From NCBI RefSeq assembly GCF_038025025.1, contig NW_027117338.1:930001-994000 (forward strand): a stretch of 64,000 nucleotides of DNA, written 5' to 3'. The notes under the pieces are model-generated. The model ran no database searches, had not been told where the DNA came from, and saw only the letters and a program-made list of their open reading frames with translations. A program made the translations under genes and the position numbers. The DNA comes from Phyllosticta citribraziliensis. Its lineage: Eukaryota. This document shows, one piece after another, positions 24,301-35,710 of the stretch (its first letter is position 1; each line of letters starts with the position of its first letter).

Positions 24301-25575
24301 ATGCCCGGAAAGGTCATTTCGCCGTACAAGCAGGTCCCGGTAACCAAGGCCGATCGTGAGTGTCCGGAATTCTACTCCAAAAGCATGACCTCATGTATTG
24401 CTAGTCGACTGGGCCGAGCTCGTCACTCTTGACCTGAGCACCTTTGACAAGCCGGAGGGCAAGGCGCAACTAGTAGACCAGCTCCGTTATGCTGCTCAGC
24501 ACGTCGGTTTCTTCTACGTCAAGAACTTTGACATCAGCCAGGAGGAGGTTGACAGGCAATTCGCGCTCGGCCGGGAATTCTACAACCTCCCCCTGGAGGA
24601 GAAGCTCAAGTACCACAACATCAAGGACCTCGAGAGTGGAGAGTACAATGGCTACCGGCCGGCGGGTCTGCGCAAGTCAGTACTGTTTCCGCGCAGCTAG
24701 ATCTCATAGAATACTCACACCCAACAGGCTGACCGATGACGGCATCATGGACAACATCCAAGTGTACAACCTTCCCAAATTTGACGGATTCCACAAGAGA
24801 GCACAACCGGCAGTTCTCCAAGACCACATTGGCGAAATCGAGACATTCAGCCGCAAGTGCCACGACCTGGTCGTCAACAAGTTGCTGCGGCTATTCGCCA
24901 TCATGCTCGAGCTTCCCGACGAGGAGCAACTGGTGCGCGACCATGTCTACGACGACAAGGGCGAGGACCACTTGCGCTACATGCACTACGCCGCCCGTAC
25001 CCCCGAGGAAAACAAGCGCATCGGCGAGTTGTACGCACCTGGCCACACAGATCTTGGTAGCATCACTCTCCTCTTCAGACAACCCGTGGCGGCGCTGCAG
25101 ATCCTCAACAACCAAGGGCAGTGGAAGTGGGTGCGGCCGCAGGACGAGACCATCACCATCAACATTTGCGACGCCCTGTCCGCACTGACGGGTGGATTCC
25201 TCAAGAGCAGCATCCACCGCGTACATGCGCCTCCGGATGACCAGGCGCACGTCGACCGATTGGGAGTGCTGTACTTCGCTCGGTAAGCCGGCCGCCATCA
25301 AATGAAAAGAGTAAAACTGACAATTTCATAGTCCCAACAACCACGTCGTGCTCGACCCTCTCAGCAAAAGCAAGCTTTTGGAGCGCCTGGGCATCAAGTC
25401 GAACCAATTCACCGAGCTGGGCCAGCACCTGACCATGGAGCAGTGGGTCAAGGTCCGCCAGACGCAGCAGCAGCGCAAGACTGAGACCCCCAAAATCAGC
25501 AAGGATGGGAAGTACGAATACACAGAGAAGGATCTCGAGATTATCCCTGGCCTACGGGCACAGATCCACAATTAG
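24301..25575 (+). CDS. 2-oxoglutarate/Fe(II)-dependent dioxygenase (DIOX_N + 2OG-FeII_Oxy, IPNS-like)
   Basis: Four exons. LDWAELVTLDLS, VGFFYVKN, facial triad HTD...H (PGHTDLGSITL, SSIHRVH), DRLGVLYFAR. Confidence 0.92.
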
Positions 25576-25855
25576 GCTAGCAGAAACTGGTTCGTAAACT
25601 GGCGCTTCAGGAAGTTGTTTTATCTTGAGCATTCTTGCGCTGTTCTACCGTGGAAATGAAAAGCCAAAAAAATTCGAACAGCCTCGTGTGCCACAATGGG
25701 CTCAAAAGTGACATGCGCATGGGTATTGTTGGAGTGATAGTCGCTCCAGTACACGGTAGAGGTAAGAAGTGAAAACGCACGCGGAGAACCGATGGACGCC
25801 TCGATACGCTAGAAGATGCAGCGCATGAAATCGTGACGCGTATAAATGTACCGGG

Positions 25856-26884
25856 CTAGTAGTTGTTGGGGCAGCCCTTTTTCTTTTGAATGATGCCCGT
25901 GTCCCACGCACCCCATCCTAGAAGGCGATTCGCAATGTCGTTGACGTAGGAGATGGTGCCGCCGCTGCACGTCTGATCGAGGTTACTGGGATTGCATACT
26001 TTGCCGGAATTGTAGGCACGGAGGGTCTGGTATGGGTTTCCTGCTTGGGTCATTCCCGTCCAGGACTGGGTTGCGCCGCTGTTCAGGTACCACGCAAGTC
26101 CGGGTCCGCCTGTGGGCCAGCTGCCATACTGGCCCTCGACACCAGAGCGAATCATCTCTTCAATACTCTTGAGCGGCGTGCTTGGGTTGTACGGCTTGCT
26201 CCCGGGCGGTCCTTGCATCAGTCCACAATTCGCGACACCCGTGCAGGGGACGTTGAGCCTTCCAGTGGACTGCAGAGCTCGTCAGATTGTGTCTCTCGGA
26301 TGTGTTCAAGCAGCTTACCTCTTGCATCATGACAGCCAGAATTAGCCTTGCGTCTACCTTGTCCTGTTCGGAGACAAGAAGGATCTTCTCGCGAATCACA
26401 TCGTTAATGTTCCTGGTAACATTGTTGATGTTGATGACGTAGTTCTGTTGCTGTTGAATGGCAGGCAGGTTGGTTTTCCAAAGAGAGTCGAAACTGATCC
26501 ACTGCGCAAACTTTGGAAGCAGGCTTGCAGAGCCCCAGAAGCACTTGTAATCAAAGGTGTTCTGGTTTACTGCCTGGGCGTTGGGTGTTGCAACGTATGA
26601 ACGAAACCAGGCCATGCTGCCTGGAGAGGTTACACCTGGAGTTGTGCCGTAGAACGTCTGAGCCCGTGGAGTCCATGTTCTCCGGGCCTCGAGATCGTGG
26701 TGATGCATAGGCGATAGTAGATTTCCCGGCCCTTCTGGAAAGGTCCCAACGGGATGCGCAGACACGGTCCAGGATGCGACAAAAAGGGATGTGAGGACAA
26801 AAGAAAATACCTGACACGTATGTTAAGTTGTATTCTCAAAATTTCCGTGTGGTTTTTACGCACCTCGTTCAAACCCATCTTCAT
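25856..26884 (-). CDS. Secreted lysozyme-like/SLT (GH23-like) domain protein, ~308 aa
   Basis: Exons 26884-26864, 26810-26319, 26269-25856. Signal peptide MKMGLNEVFSFVLTSLFVASWTVSA; VDARLILAVMMQES (catalytic-type Glu), GLMQ, RAYNSG, YVNDIANRL. Confidence 0.85.
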
Positions 26885-28361
26885 GTTGAAGGATTTGCAA
26901 ATCTGGTGGTAAGAGATAAAATAGGTCACGACTCAACGCAAAACAAAGATGGACTGATAAATGGGACAGTAAAATGAGCAATACATAGACCGATGATGTT
27001 CGCCAAAGGTAGAATTGCAAGGACACTTATACACCGATGTTGCTCTTGTAACTTTCTGTCGCAGGTCAAGGTGTTGCCGGAAGCAGCGCAGAGTATGCCC
27101 TCGAAGCTCGAGAGGTGTCAGTAGAATCATAGATAGCGTGGGGCGTCAAGCTCAACCAGGAGACAGGAAAGGGATGAGCAAGTTTCCAAACTTCGACCCA
27201 AACAGAGGGCAGTTTCGTGAAAAACTCAGGCCAAGGGCAGGGTCTGTTTTGCTGATTTGTTGTATTGCTTGGTGTTTTGGTCGCACAAACCATCGCCTTA
27301 GCACCTATCCGGTTCCTCCAGCGCTACTAGAGATGGCTTCTTTTAGGAAACCGGACAGGGTCCACTCTCGGTTGCGGCCCACCTAGGCAGGAATCTCCAA
27401 CGGCAATGCCGTCGAAGGTTGGGTGCATTCTTCGGCTCTCCGTAACAAGTCGCTGACAGTGTCGGCCACTTTCGCGACCAATAAAGCCCAAGGTCACAAC
27501 TGCAGCCAGCGACATTGGCCGGTGAAGTCCAAGACCAGATTCCGCAGAGCGGAAGGAGTGCTGAGGACGCGCGGCGCAGACCGTTTGCGCAGTTGCACAG
27601 TGCGCAGGTAGGGCCACGCCATGTGCAAGTTGACGCGAATATTTCGAACGTGATGTTTGCCGATATGTAGCACCCCTTTTACAATCCGTCGTCTACCAGA
27701 AAGAAGATGCGGACCTGTTGAAAAATGCCAAACTGGATCTACCGCCGAGCGATGGAAAGACAGCGCATTGAGTGACAAGGCTTCCAAATAGATCGTCAGC
27801 GGAAAGTGCAAATTCACAAGCCAAGCGCGCCGACACATGGAAAAACTCTTCATTCATTATATGTACGTGGAGACAAAAGTTCGTCGCACTCGGAAGACGC
27901 AGTGCAAACCGAGGGCGAGAATCGAGACTCCTTCCAAGATTTTGGGTCAGAGATGCGTTGAGCGTCCGTTCAAGTAACAAGGTGTGTGTGCCGAACGCCG
28001 ATATCATGCTGCCCCAAAACCCACAGACGAGCCACTTGAGCCCGGCGAAGGGAGAGCTCGAAAGCGGGTAGAGGGATCAGCTCATCGGGTACACGCTAAG
28101 CTTTCATCATCTGTAGGGTCTGTCAGTTGGGCGCCGCAGCAGTAGAGGCTGAGCTTTGGAACTCACATGGTTAAAACGTGGAAGGATGGAGAGGAAAGAA
28201 AGTTTGGGAGCGGCCGACGGGCGAAATGTTGTGGCTGCGACCGCTGCTTAGTAACACGGACTAGTCCGCATTAGGAATCGAGGCGCTCGAAAATCGCTGG
28301 CCTCTCGACCAGTCACGACCACGTCAAAGCCCCGTTGCGCGTCGTCGAAGATAGCGCAGTC

Positions 28362-30614
28362 ATGTTGTCATCATGTTCTCGAACATGTTTGAGGTCAACT
28401 TCGGCGTGGAGGAGCAGTGTTCGCCTTTCCGCAAACGTCAATTTTCGAGGAATGCCCAGGGCGGCCATCGTCAAGCATGCTTCACCACACTTTCCGGGGC
28501 CTGCGAACATCCGCACTTTTCTTTCAGATGACGGACCACCGCCTGAGCTGCCCAAACTTTTGCGGCAATATTCAGAGAATAGTTCGTTGACATTGGACGA
28601 CGACCTGTTTAACAATGCTGACATGTTCTCTCAGCGCAACTCCCACCTGCCACCCATGAAATCAAAGATCTTGGAAATGTCAAACCTGGGGAGACTGTAG
28701 TCCTCCTCGGCTATCTGGGTGGCTCCGACCATCTTTCTAAGCACCTGTGTTTCACTCCCTTAGTGAGCAAAGATTTGCGGCACTCCGTTCAATTGGTTTC
28801 AGGCGGCAAAGATAGTGGGGATGTCCATTACAGATTCCGTTTGGAGCAGTCGAAAAACGCGGTCGCGGTGAAAGGGGTTGTCAAAGTGCGAAAACAACCA
28901 AAGCCGGGCGTGGCAAAAAACCCCAAAGCACAAAAACCCAAAGTACCAAAAACTGCACCGAAGCCAAATCCTCATCACCAAACAATCGGCAATGTCGATA
29001 TTGTGTTGAAAGATTACACGCTTCTCAACAGCTTTCCAAGGGACACACAATTTGACCCGACCACGGTCTTTTATCCTCACCAACGTCACTTGCAACTTCG
29101 TGCAAGCAGTGAGCTTCGGGAAGCGCTTGTATTCCGGGCAAAGGCTAGTGCGATTTGTAGAAATGAGCTCACCAAGCAAGACTTTATCGAAGTGGAAACG
29201 CCGCTGCTTTTCAAATCGACACCTGAGGGTGCAAGAGAATTCCTCGTGCCGACCAGAACAAAAGGTCTGGCATATGCACTGCCGCAAAGTCCGCAGCAGT
29301 ACAAACAGACGCTCATGGCCAGCGGGTTTGCCAAATACTTTCAAATTGCAAAGTGTTTTAGGGACGAAGACTTGCGGGCTGATAGACAACCCGAGTTCAC
29401 GCAGGTATGATTTCCAACTCGAAGCAATCGGCTCAAAGCTAACCTTTGCAGCTGGATCTGGAAATGTCGTTCGCATCCGCGGATGATGTCATGGACTGTA
29501 TAGAGCGCTTGATCGGCCGCCTCTGGACTCAACTTGGTGTCGCGACTCTGGCCGTCAAGTTTCCTCGAATGACATACAACGACGCCATGGCAAAATACGG
29601 CTCCGATAAGCCCGATGTTCGCCTTGGAATGGAGGCACGTGTTTGTCCTGCTTGAAAAGAGCTTGAAATATCTAACATGTTTGGTAGATCTCGCGCGTGG
29701 ACCACCTCCTTCCGGCTGACTTGATCAGCAAGATTGGCCCTATTGCTTTCCCCGCCGTCGACGTCTTCAAACTGCGTCTAGATACCAGTCCTTCGAAAGC
29801 GTCCCGGTTTGTCTCTGATTTCATGAAATCTCCGGAAGGTCTTGCCTTCATAGACAACCCCGACGGTCAGCCTGGCGTCGCTGTTTTCGACTCAAGCAAG
29901 CCAATGCAGGGACTACAGGTCTTTGGTTTTGAAGCCGCACAGCGGTTAGAGGAAGACCTCGGTCTCGAAGAGGGCGACGTGGTCATCATCCAGGCAAGAA
30001 AGAACGAACCGTTCACGGGCGGAAGCACCGCGGTTGGAAGATTGCGGCTCGCTCTGCACAAAGCAGCAGTCGAAAAAGAACTCCTGCCGAAGCCTGAAGG
30101 ATTTGAATTCCTTTGGATCACCGACTTTCCGCTCTTTTCGCCAATCAACGACACAGATCCAGGACAGGGAGGCGCAGCAGGTCTCGCCGCGACGCATCAC
30201 CCTTTCACTGCACCAAAAACCGTCGAAGACATTCATTTGCTGATAAAGGATCCTAAATCAGCCCGAGCTGACCACTACGATCTTGTTGTCAACGGCGTTG
30301 AGCTTGGCGGCGGATCTCGCCGTATCCATGTAGCCGAAGTTCAAGAGTGGGTAATGCGGGAGGTGCTCAAGATGAGTGACGAGCGAATTGAGGATTTCAG
30401 GCACTTGCTCGAGGTGCTCCGCGCTGGGTGCCCGCCCCATGCTGGCATCGCGCTGGGATTCGATCGCTTGATTGCAGTAATGTTGGGCAAAGATAGTGTC
30501 AGGGATGTTATAGCATTCCCAAAGAGCGGAAAGGGCGAAGACATGCTTGTCAAGTCGCCAAATAAGGTGACGAAAGAGCAACTGGAGACCTACCACCTCC
30601 AGCTGAAGGACTGA
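28362..30614 (+). CDS. MSD1: Mitochondrial aspartyl-tRNA synthetase
   Basis: Arg/Ser-rich presequence; [70 protein letters not shown]; three introns. Confidence 0.97.
29635..29687 (+). other. Probable GC-AG intron in MSD1
   Basis: GAG|GCACGT...CTAAC...TAG gives GME|ISR. An in-phase GTTTGT at 29641 is an alternative donor. Confidence 0.55.
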
Positions 30615-30836
30615 TCAGAATGTCGGAACACATTGAGAGCAGCCGAAAAACATGTAAACTATTCGCCATTGACCGCAGGATTGGGCATTGGCGCACGGCA
30701 ATATCGTAAAAGCCCACGGGAGACCATTTCAAGCTTCAGAATTTCCTTCATTTTCCTTTGGCGGTTTTGTGTGCCTCGCTATGCATAGAAAAAACCATCG
30801 TGACTTCGTTCGCTCAATGCTCTTGATGCGTCGCAT

Positions 30837-31465
30837 TTAGCTGAGTTTCGCGTTGGAAAAGTCCATCTCCGGATGCTGAGCCTTGAACTTTTCCAGAAGC
30901 TCTTCCTTCTTGAGCTCATCGCTGGTCGGCTTGCCCATCTCCTTCTGGCGCTGGTCAAACATCATCTTCTCGACCATTGCCCTCGTCTCGCCGTCGAGAT
31001 CGCTCAATTTGCTGTCTTCGGGAGTAATCTTGGAGGTGTCGATCTTGGGCGCCGTCGTGATGACATGCTCCCACCATTCCACCTTGTTCGCCTTGTCGAG
31101 GTGGACGCTTATCTCCTTGCCTTGGGGAACGGTTTCGAGGGTCCAGGTGGAGTCATCGACGAGGATGGGTTTGGGAAGGTCGCCCTGCGTCTTGGGTCAA
31201 TGACATGTCAAGGGGTCGCTGTGTTTCTCCTTACATCGATGATGGGGTCTTGGCCCTTGATTGCAACCCTGAGCTTGGTCTTGGAGATCTTCACGTCGAG
31301 GTCCCTGCCCTTGTAGTTTCCAGAAATGGGAATGGTGAGGTCCACATCCTGGATGGTCTGGGTCCACTTGTAGGGCAGCTGGGCCTGCTCGGCAGCCTCT
31401 CTGGCGCGCTGCTCGGCGTCCAGCTTTGCGCGTTCGGACGGCGTAGGTGACGTTGGACGAGACAT
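30837..31465 (-). CDS. nudC: Nuclear movement protein NudC (CS/p23 domain)
   Basis: [47 protein letters not shown]; one intron. Confidence 0.97.
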
Positions 31466-31754
31466 GATGAATCTTTTCGGGAGAGGTGCAGTGGTGGCTC
31501 AGCCGGGGGGCGTGGTATGCAGGAGAAGGGTGGTTGGCGGGAGGCTGCGGCCAGGTACTTTTGGCGCGGGCTGCGAAGCTCTGCCACGGACCCTCCGCCG
31601 CCGAGCTCACTGATGACGCCTGTGCCGGCTCCCGCCCTATCCATTTCAGTTGTCCACTTTCCAACCTTCTCTGCCCGCGAACCCAAGGTACCAGCGCCCT
31701 CTATCGACACCTCCTCTTCGCTCGCCCTCCGTCGCGGAATGCTACGCGCCTCAA

Positions 31755-33736
31755 ATGGCCAGCTCCTTTGAGAAGTCTGTAAAGGGAGCCACCAAGATCA
31801 AGGCAAGCTCCTCGCCAACCTCCTCGTCCCCTCGCTCGAGCCCCATCCACTAATTCCGCCGGCCACCGCACAGCTCGCCCCCCCAAAGTCCAAGTATGTC
31901 GAACACATCCTGGTAGCCACACATGCTGGTGAAGCAGGCGTTGCGGAGGTCTTCCGCACTCTGCAAAACCGACTGCGCGACACAACATGGACCATCGTCT
32001 TCAAGGCCCTCATTGTTATCCACCTGATGATCCGCGAGGGTGAGCCCGATGTGACGCTCAAGTACCTGGCGCAATCCCCCGCGCGGCGCCTGGCAATCAA
32101 CAACTTCACTGAGGGTATGCGGCCTTGCTCTTCCCAGTCGATGGTATGCTTATGCCCGAACCAGTCCAGACCCAAGGCCACAATATCCGCGCCTACTCGG
32201 AATACATCATGGCGCGCGCCAAGAGCTTCGGTTCTACAAGAGTTGATTACGTCAAGCAGGGAGAAGGTCGGCTGAAACGACTGTCAGTCGACAAGGGATT
32301 GCTGCGAGAGACGGAGCAGGTCCAGGACCAGATTCACGCGTTACTACAGTGCGACTTCTTGTCCCAGGAGCCAGAGAACGAAATCACCCTCACTGCTTTC
32401 CGGCTACTCACCATGGACCTATTGGCTCTTTTCCACGTCATGAACGAAGGGACCATAAACGTGTTGGGTTCGTCCAAACCGTCCACTGCTTCTCCGGCCG
32501 ACAGTCTAATTGTTTCCAGAACATTACTTTGAAATGTCGCACCCCGACGCTGAGCGCGCGTTGAGGATTTATCGCATGTTCTGTCGACAAACAGATGCTG
32601 TCGTACAATATCTTAGTGTCGCAAGGCTCCATGAACACTCGACACGTCTGGAGATTCCTAAAATCAAGCATGCGCCGACGAGTCTAGCATCGTCCTTGGA
32701 GGAATACCTCAACGACAAGGACTTTGAAGTTAATCGCAGACAGTATCTGGCCCAACAAGACGGCAAAAAGGGGAGATTCAACGGTACCAGCAAACTGAAT
32801 GACGTGAAAAAGGACGACGATGTCTTCAGCCCGAAACCTTCTGCACCGGCCCCGGAGAACAAGGGTCCAGCTCCAGATCTGATTGACTTTTTTGAGTCCA
32901 TTGAGCAGAACCAGCAACCGATGGCACACTTCCAACAATCGCAAATGCAAATGCCTCAGCAAGCTGGCATGATGCAGCAGCAACCTTATGGTTTTGCGCC
33001 CCAGCCCACAGGATTCCAAAACAACCCATTCGCGCAACAGCAACAAGCAGCACCACAACCGCAACCTCAGCAGTTGCAGCCTAACTTTACAGGAGCAGGT
33101 TTTGGTGGCTTCGGCCCACAACCTCAGCAGTTTCAGCAGCAAATGCCTCAGCAAGGAATGCCGCAGTATCAGCAGCCTCAATTCACCGGAGCCCCTGGGA
33201 TGGACCAGCAGCAGCCGCAACAGATGCCGCAGCAGCAATTGCAGCCTCAAAATACGACTACAAACCCTTTCCGCGCATCATTGTTGATGACTCAAGGGAC
33301 AGGTGCACCGTTTGGACTGCAAAATGGATCAGATCTGAATAGAACATCGACGAACCCTTTTGCCAAGAGTTCGTCCAATCACACAGGATTCAATCCATCG
33401 TTGTCCGCGATACCGTCTTCAGGGCCGGCCGACTTCTCCCAACAGCAGCCACCACAACCACTCCAGCCGACGCCGACAGGGACTAATCCGTTTGCTAGAC
33501 CCAAGACTGCTGGAGCTGGGTCTGGCTCTACGCCATCCATGCTGCTTCCGACAGCGACTGGAAGCACCAATCCATTCCGACAAAGCGCATTTGTCAACCA
33601 GCAGACCGGACAAGGTTGGCAAAATAATGCACAGACATCAATGGGTGGTTTGGAGCAATTAGAAACGGTTCCGGTATTTCCTCGTCCTGGCCAACCCAAC
33701 CAGCAGCAGCCACAGCACACGGGATGGTCAACCTGA
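31755..33736 (+). CDS. YAP1801: ANTH-domain clathrin adaptor (AP180/Yap1801-like)
   Basis: SFEKSVKGATKIKLAPPKSKY, WTIVFKALIVIHLMIREG, DLIDFF clathrin box, multiple NPF motifs, Gln-rich tail; three introns. Confidence 0.95.
31803..31873 (+). other. GC-AG intron (ANTH gene intron 1)
   Basis: AAG|GCAAGC...CTAAT...CAG. Read-through hits an in-frame TAA; splicing restores GATKIK|LAPPK. Confidence 0.9.
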
Positions 33737-34487
33737 GTGACGGGAGCATTCCAAGGCATTTCCATGTTTCGTTGCGTTGGTTTCTTTCGTATTTGGGTAC
33801 CTACCAAGCGGGGCGTTTTGGATATGGACACTTTGAACCGGGCATATCACTGCAGGCACGTCTACGGCCGTTGGGGATGTTTGACCAAAAGAGTGGTTTC
33901 TTATTCTGTCGTTGAATCCCAATCGCGGTTTCGAGGCCTATCAAACGCGTGTTGCTGCACATCTGTCTTCTTCGGACATGAGCAGTCCAGCCTGCAGCAC
34001 TGCCCAGGGTCAGCTACTAGAGGGACTTGTATAGAGGGATATTCTAGTGTATTAATATGATGTTTCCCTGCCCCGGCATCGCACGCGATTGGCGGAGATG
34101 GAAAGGAATGAGAGATCACTGAATGCTGGCTCCCTCACTTGATTGAAAAAGTCTCCAACCCAGCCACGCCGTTGGCATGTCTCCCTGTTTCAAAACCAGC
34201 CCGGGCTAGTTTGTTTGCCAAATGTTCTAGTGCCATCAAACGGTCAACGGCCGACCTGACGTTCACGTTAGTTGGCGTGGGACACGGGCCATCCATGTCG
34301 TACCCGAGAGGCAGCAAATCTAATCTGATCAATCAGTTATGACGGAAGAGAGGGGAGGGGCATGGGTGCGCCTGCACCGCACCCGCGCCCGCGCCCGAAT
34401 TTTAGATTCCACCCAATTCGACAGCACCCAACCTCCACGCTTGCACAACCTCTCCTCGAAACCAGGAAACACTGCCCTATACCCGAC

Positions 34488-35172
34488 ATGTCTGGACCTG
34501 TTGGACCCCCCGGCTCTCAGCTTTCGGCTGAGCAAGCCGACAACTTCGAAGACGTAAGTGTCGCAAACCACCAAGAGCCTCATGAGCAACGAGTACTGAG
34601 ATATGCGTAGATTGAGAAGCAGTTCGCCGTCAAGGGTACATCCTCCTTACCTTTTCTCCAGGACCCCGTCACGCTAACGCGCATTCGCCCTTGCAGTCGT
34701 CCAACACATGTCGACCTACTGGTCCATCCTCGAGCGCATGCGCGGTTCGCAACTCCGCCTGACCAAGATGGATGACGAAATCTACGAGCACTTCAAGCGC
34801 GAGTTCCCAGACTTTGACCCGCGTGCAACAATCAACGAGGACGACATGAAGTCGAAGGCAGGCAAGGAGAAGTGGCGTAACTTCATCATGGAGTACGAGA
34901 AGAAGGTCGATGACTACAACTTTGGCACCATGCTGCGTGCCAACCCTTCGTTCGAATATGGAGAGAAGGAGACCATTTTCGGTAAGTCTTCACCGGTCTG
35001 CTTGCCGAAATGAGGGCAAGGGATTGTGGCATCGCCATTCGAGGGACAAAGGCTAAACCCTTGGCTAGCCGTGCGGATGCAATTCTACGCCGTCGAGATC
35101 GTCAGAAACCGCGAGGGCTTGAACGATTGGATCTACGAGAAGGCGCATCCCGAAGAGGCAAAGAAACAATAA
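34488..35172 (+). CDS. PBDC1: PBDC1/YPL225W (DUF757) family protein
   Basis: AEQADNFED|IEKQFAVK (25-nt micro-exon 34611-34635), LRLTKMDDEIY, DYNFGTMLR, QFYAVEIVRNREGLNDWI. Confidence 0.92.
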
Positions 35173-35710
35173 GAGAAGGAAGAGTAGTCGGCTCGGATAC
35201 CGGTTGTTTGCTGCTCCGTCCAACCCGAACGAATTGCCACCGAGTGCCACGCATCCCATGGCGCACAAGCTTGACCACAGACCCACCGAGGCTTGTGCAA
35301 GAGATCAAAGCCGGGCAGCTGATGTCTCCGTCCTTGTATCTGGGTTGGCCACGAGAAGAGTAGGGTCCTGGGTGACATGACAGCGGCCCCAAGGTAGTAC
35401 GCTACACAAAAACCAAAAAGGCAGACGCCCTAGAAAGTATTCCTCGGAATGTGACTGGGAGGCTTCTCGTAGCTAAACCGCGGCTGGAACATTGTAGGGC
35501 CGTGATCGGACTTTTCGAGGTCTTTGTTATTAGAGTGAAAGAACAGACTTGGCGCGCAGAGGCGGAGCCTACGATTGTTCTTTGATTCACTTCACTTTGC
35601 GTCGCACCCTGCGTCACTTGTTATTTCCTCCAGTACCTCGCCGTCCTTCAGACGTGTCTTTCCTTCGTGATTCAATGGACCAAAACACAACTCACCTTCG
35701 CTTCTGAACC

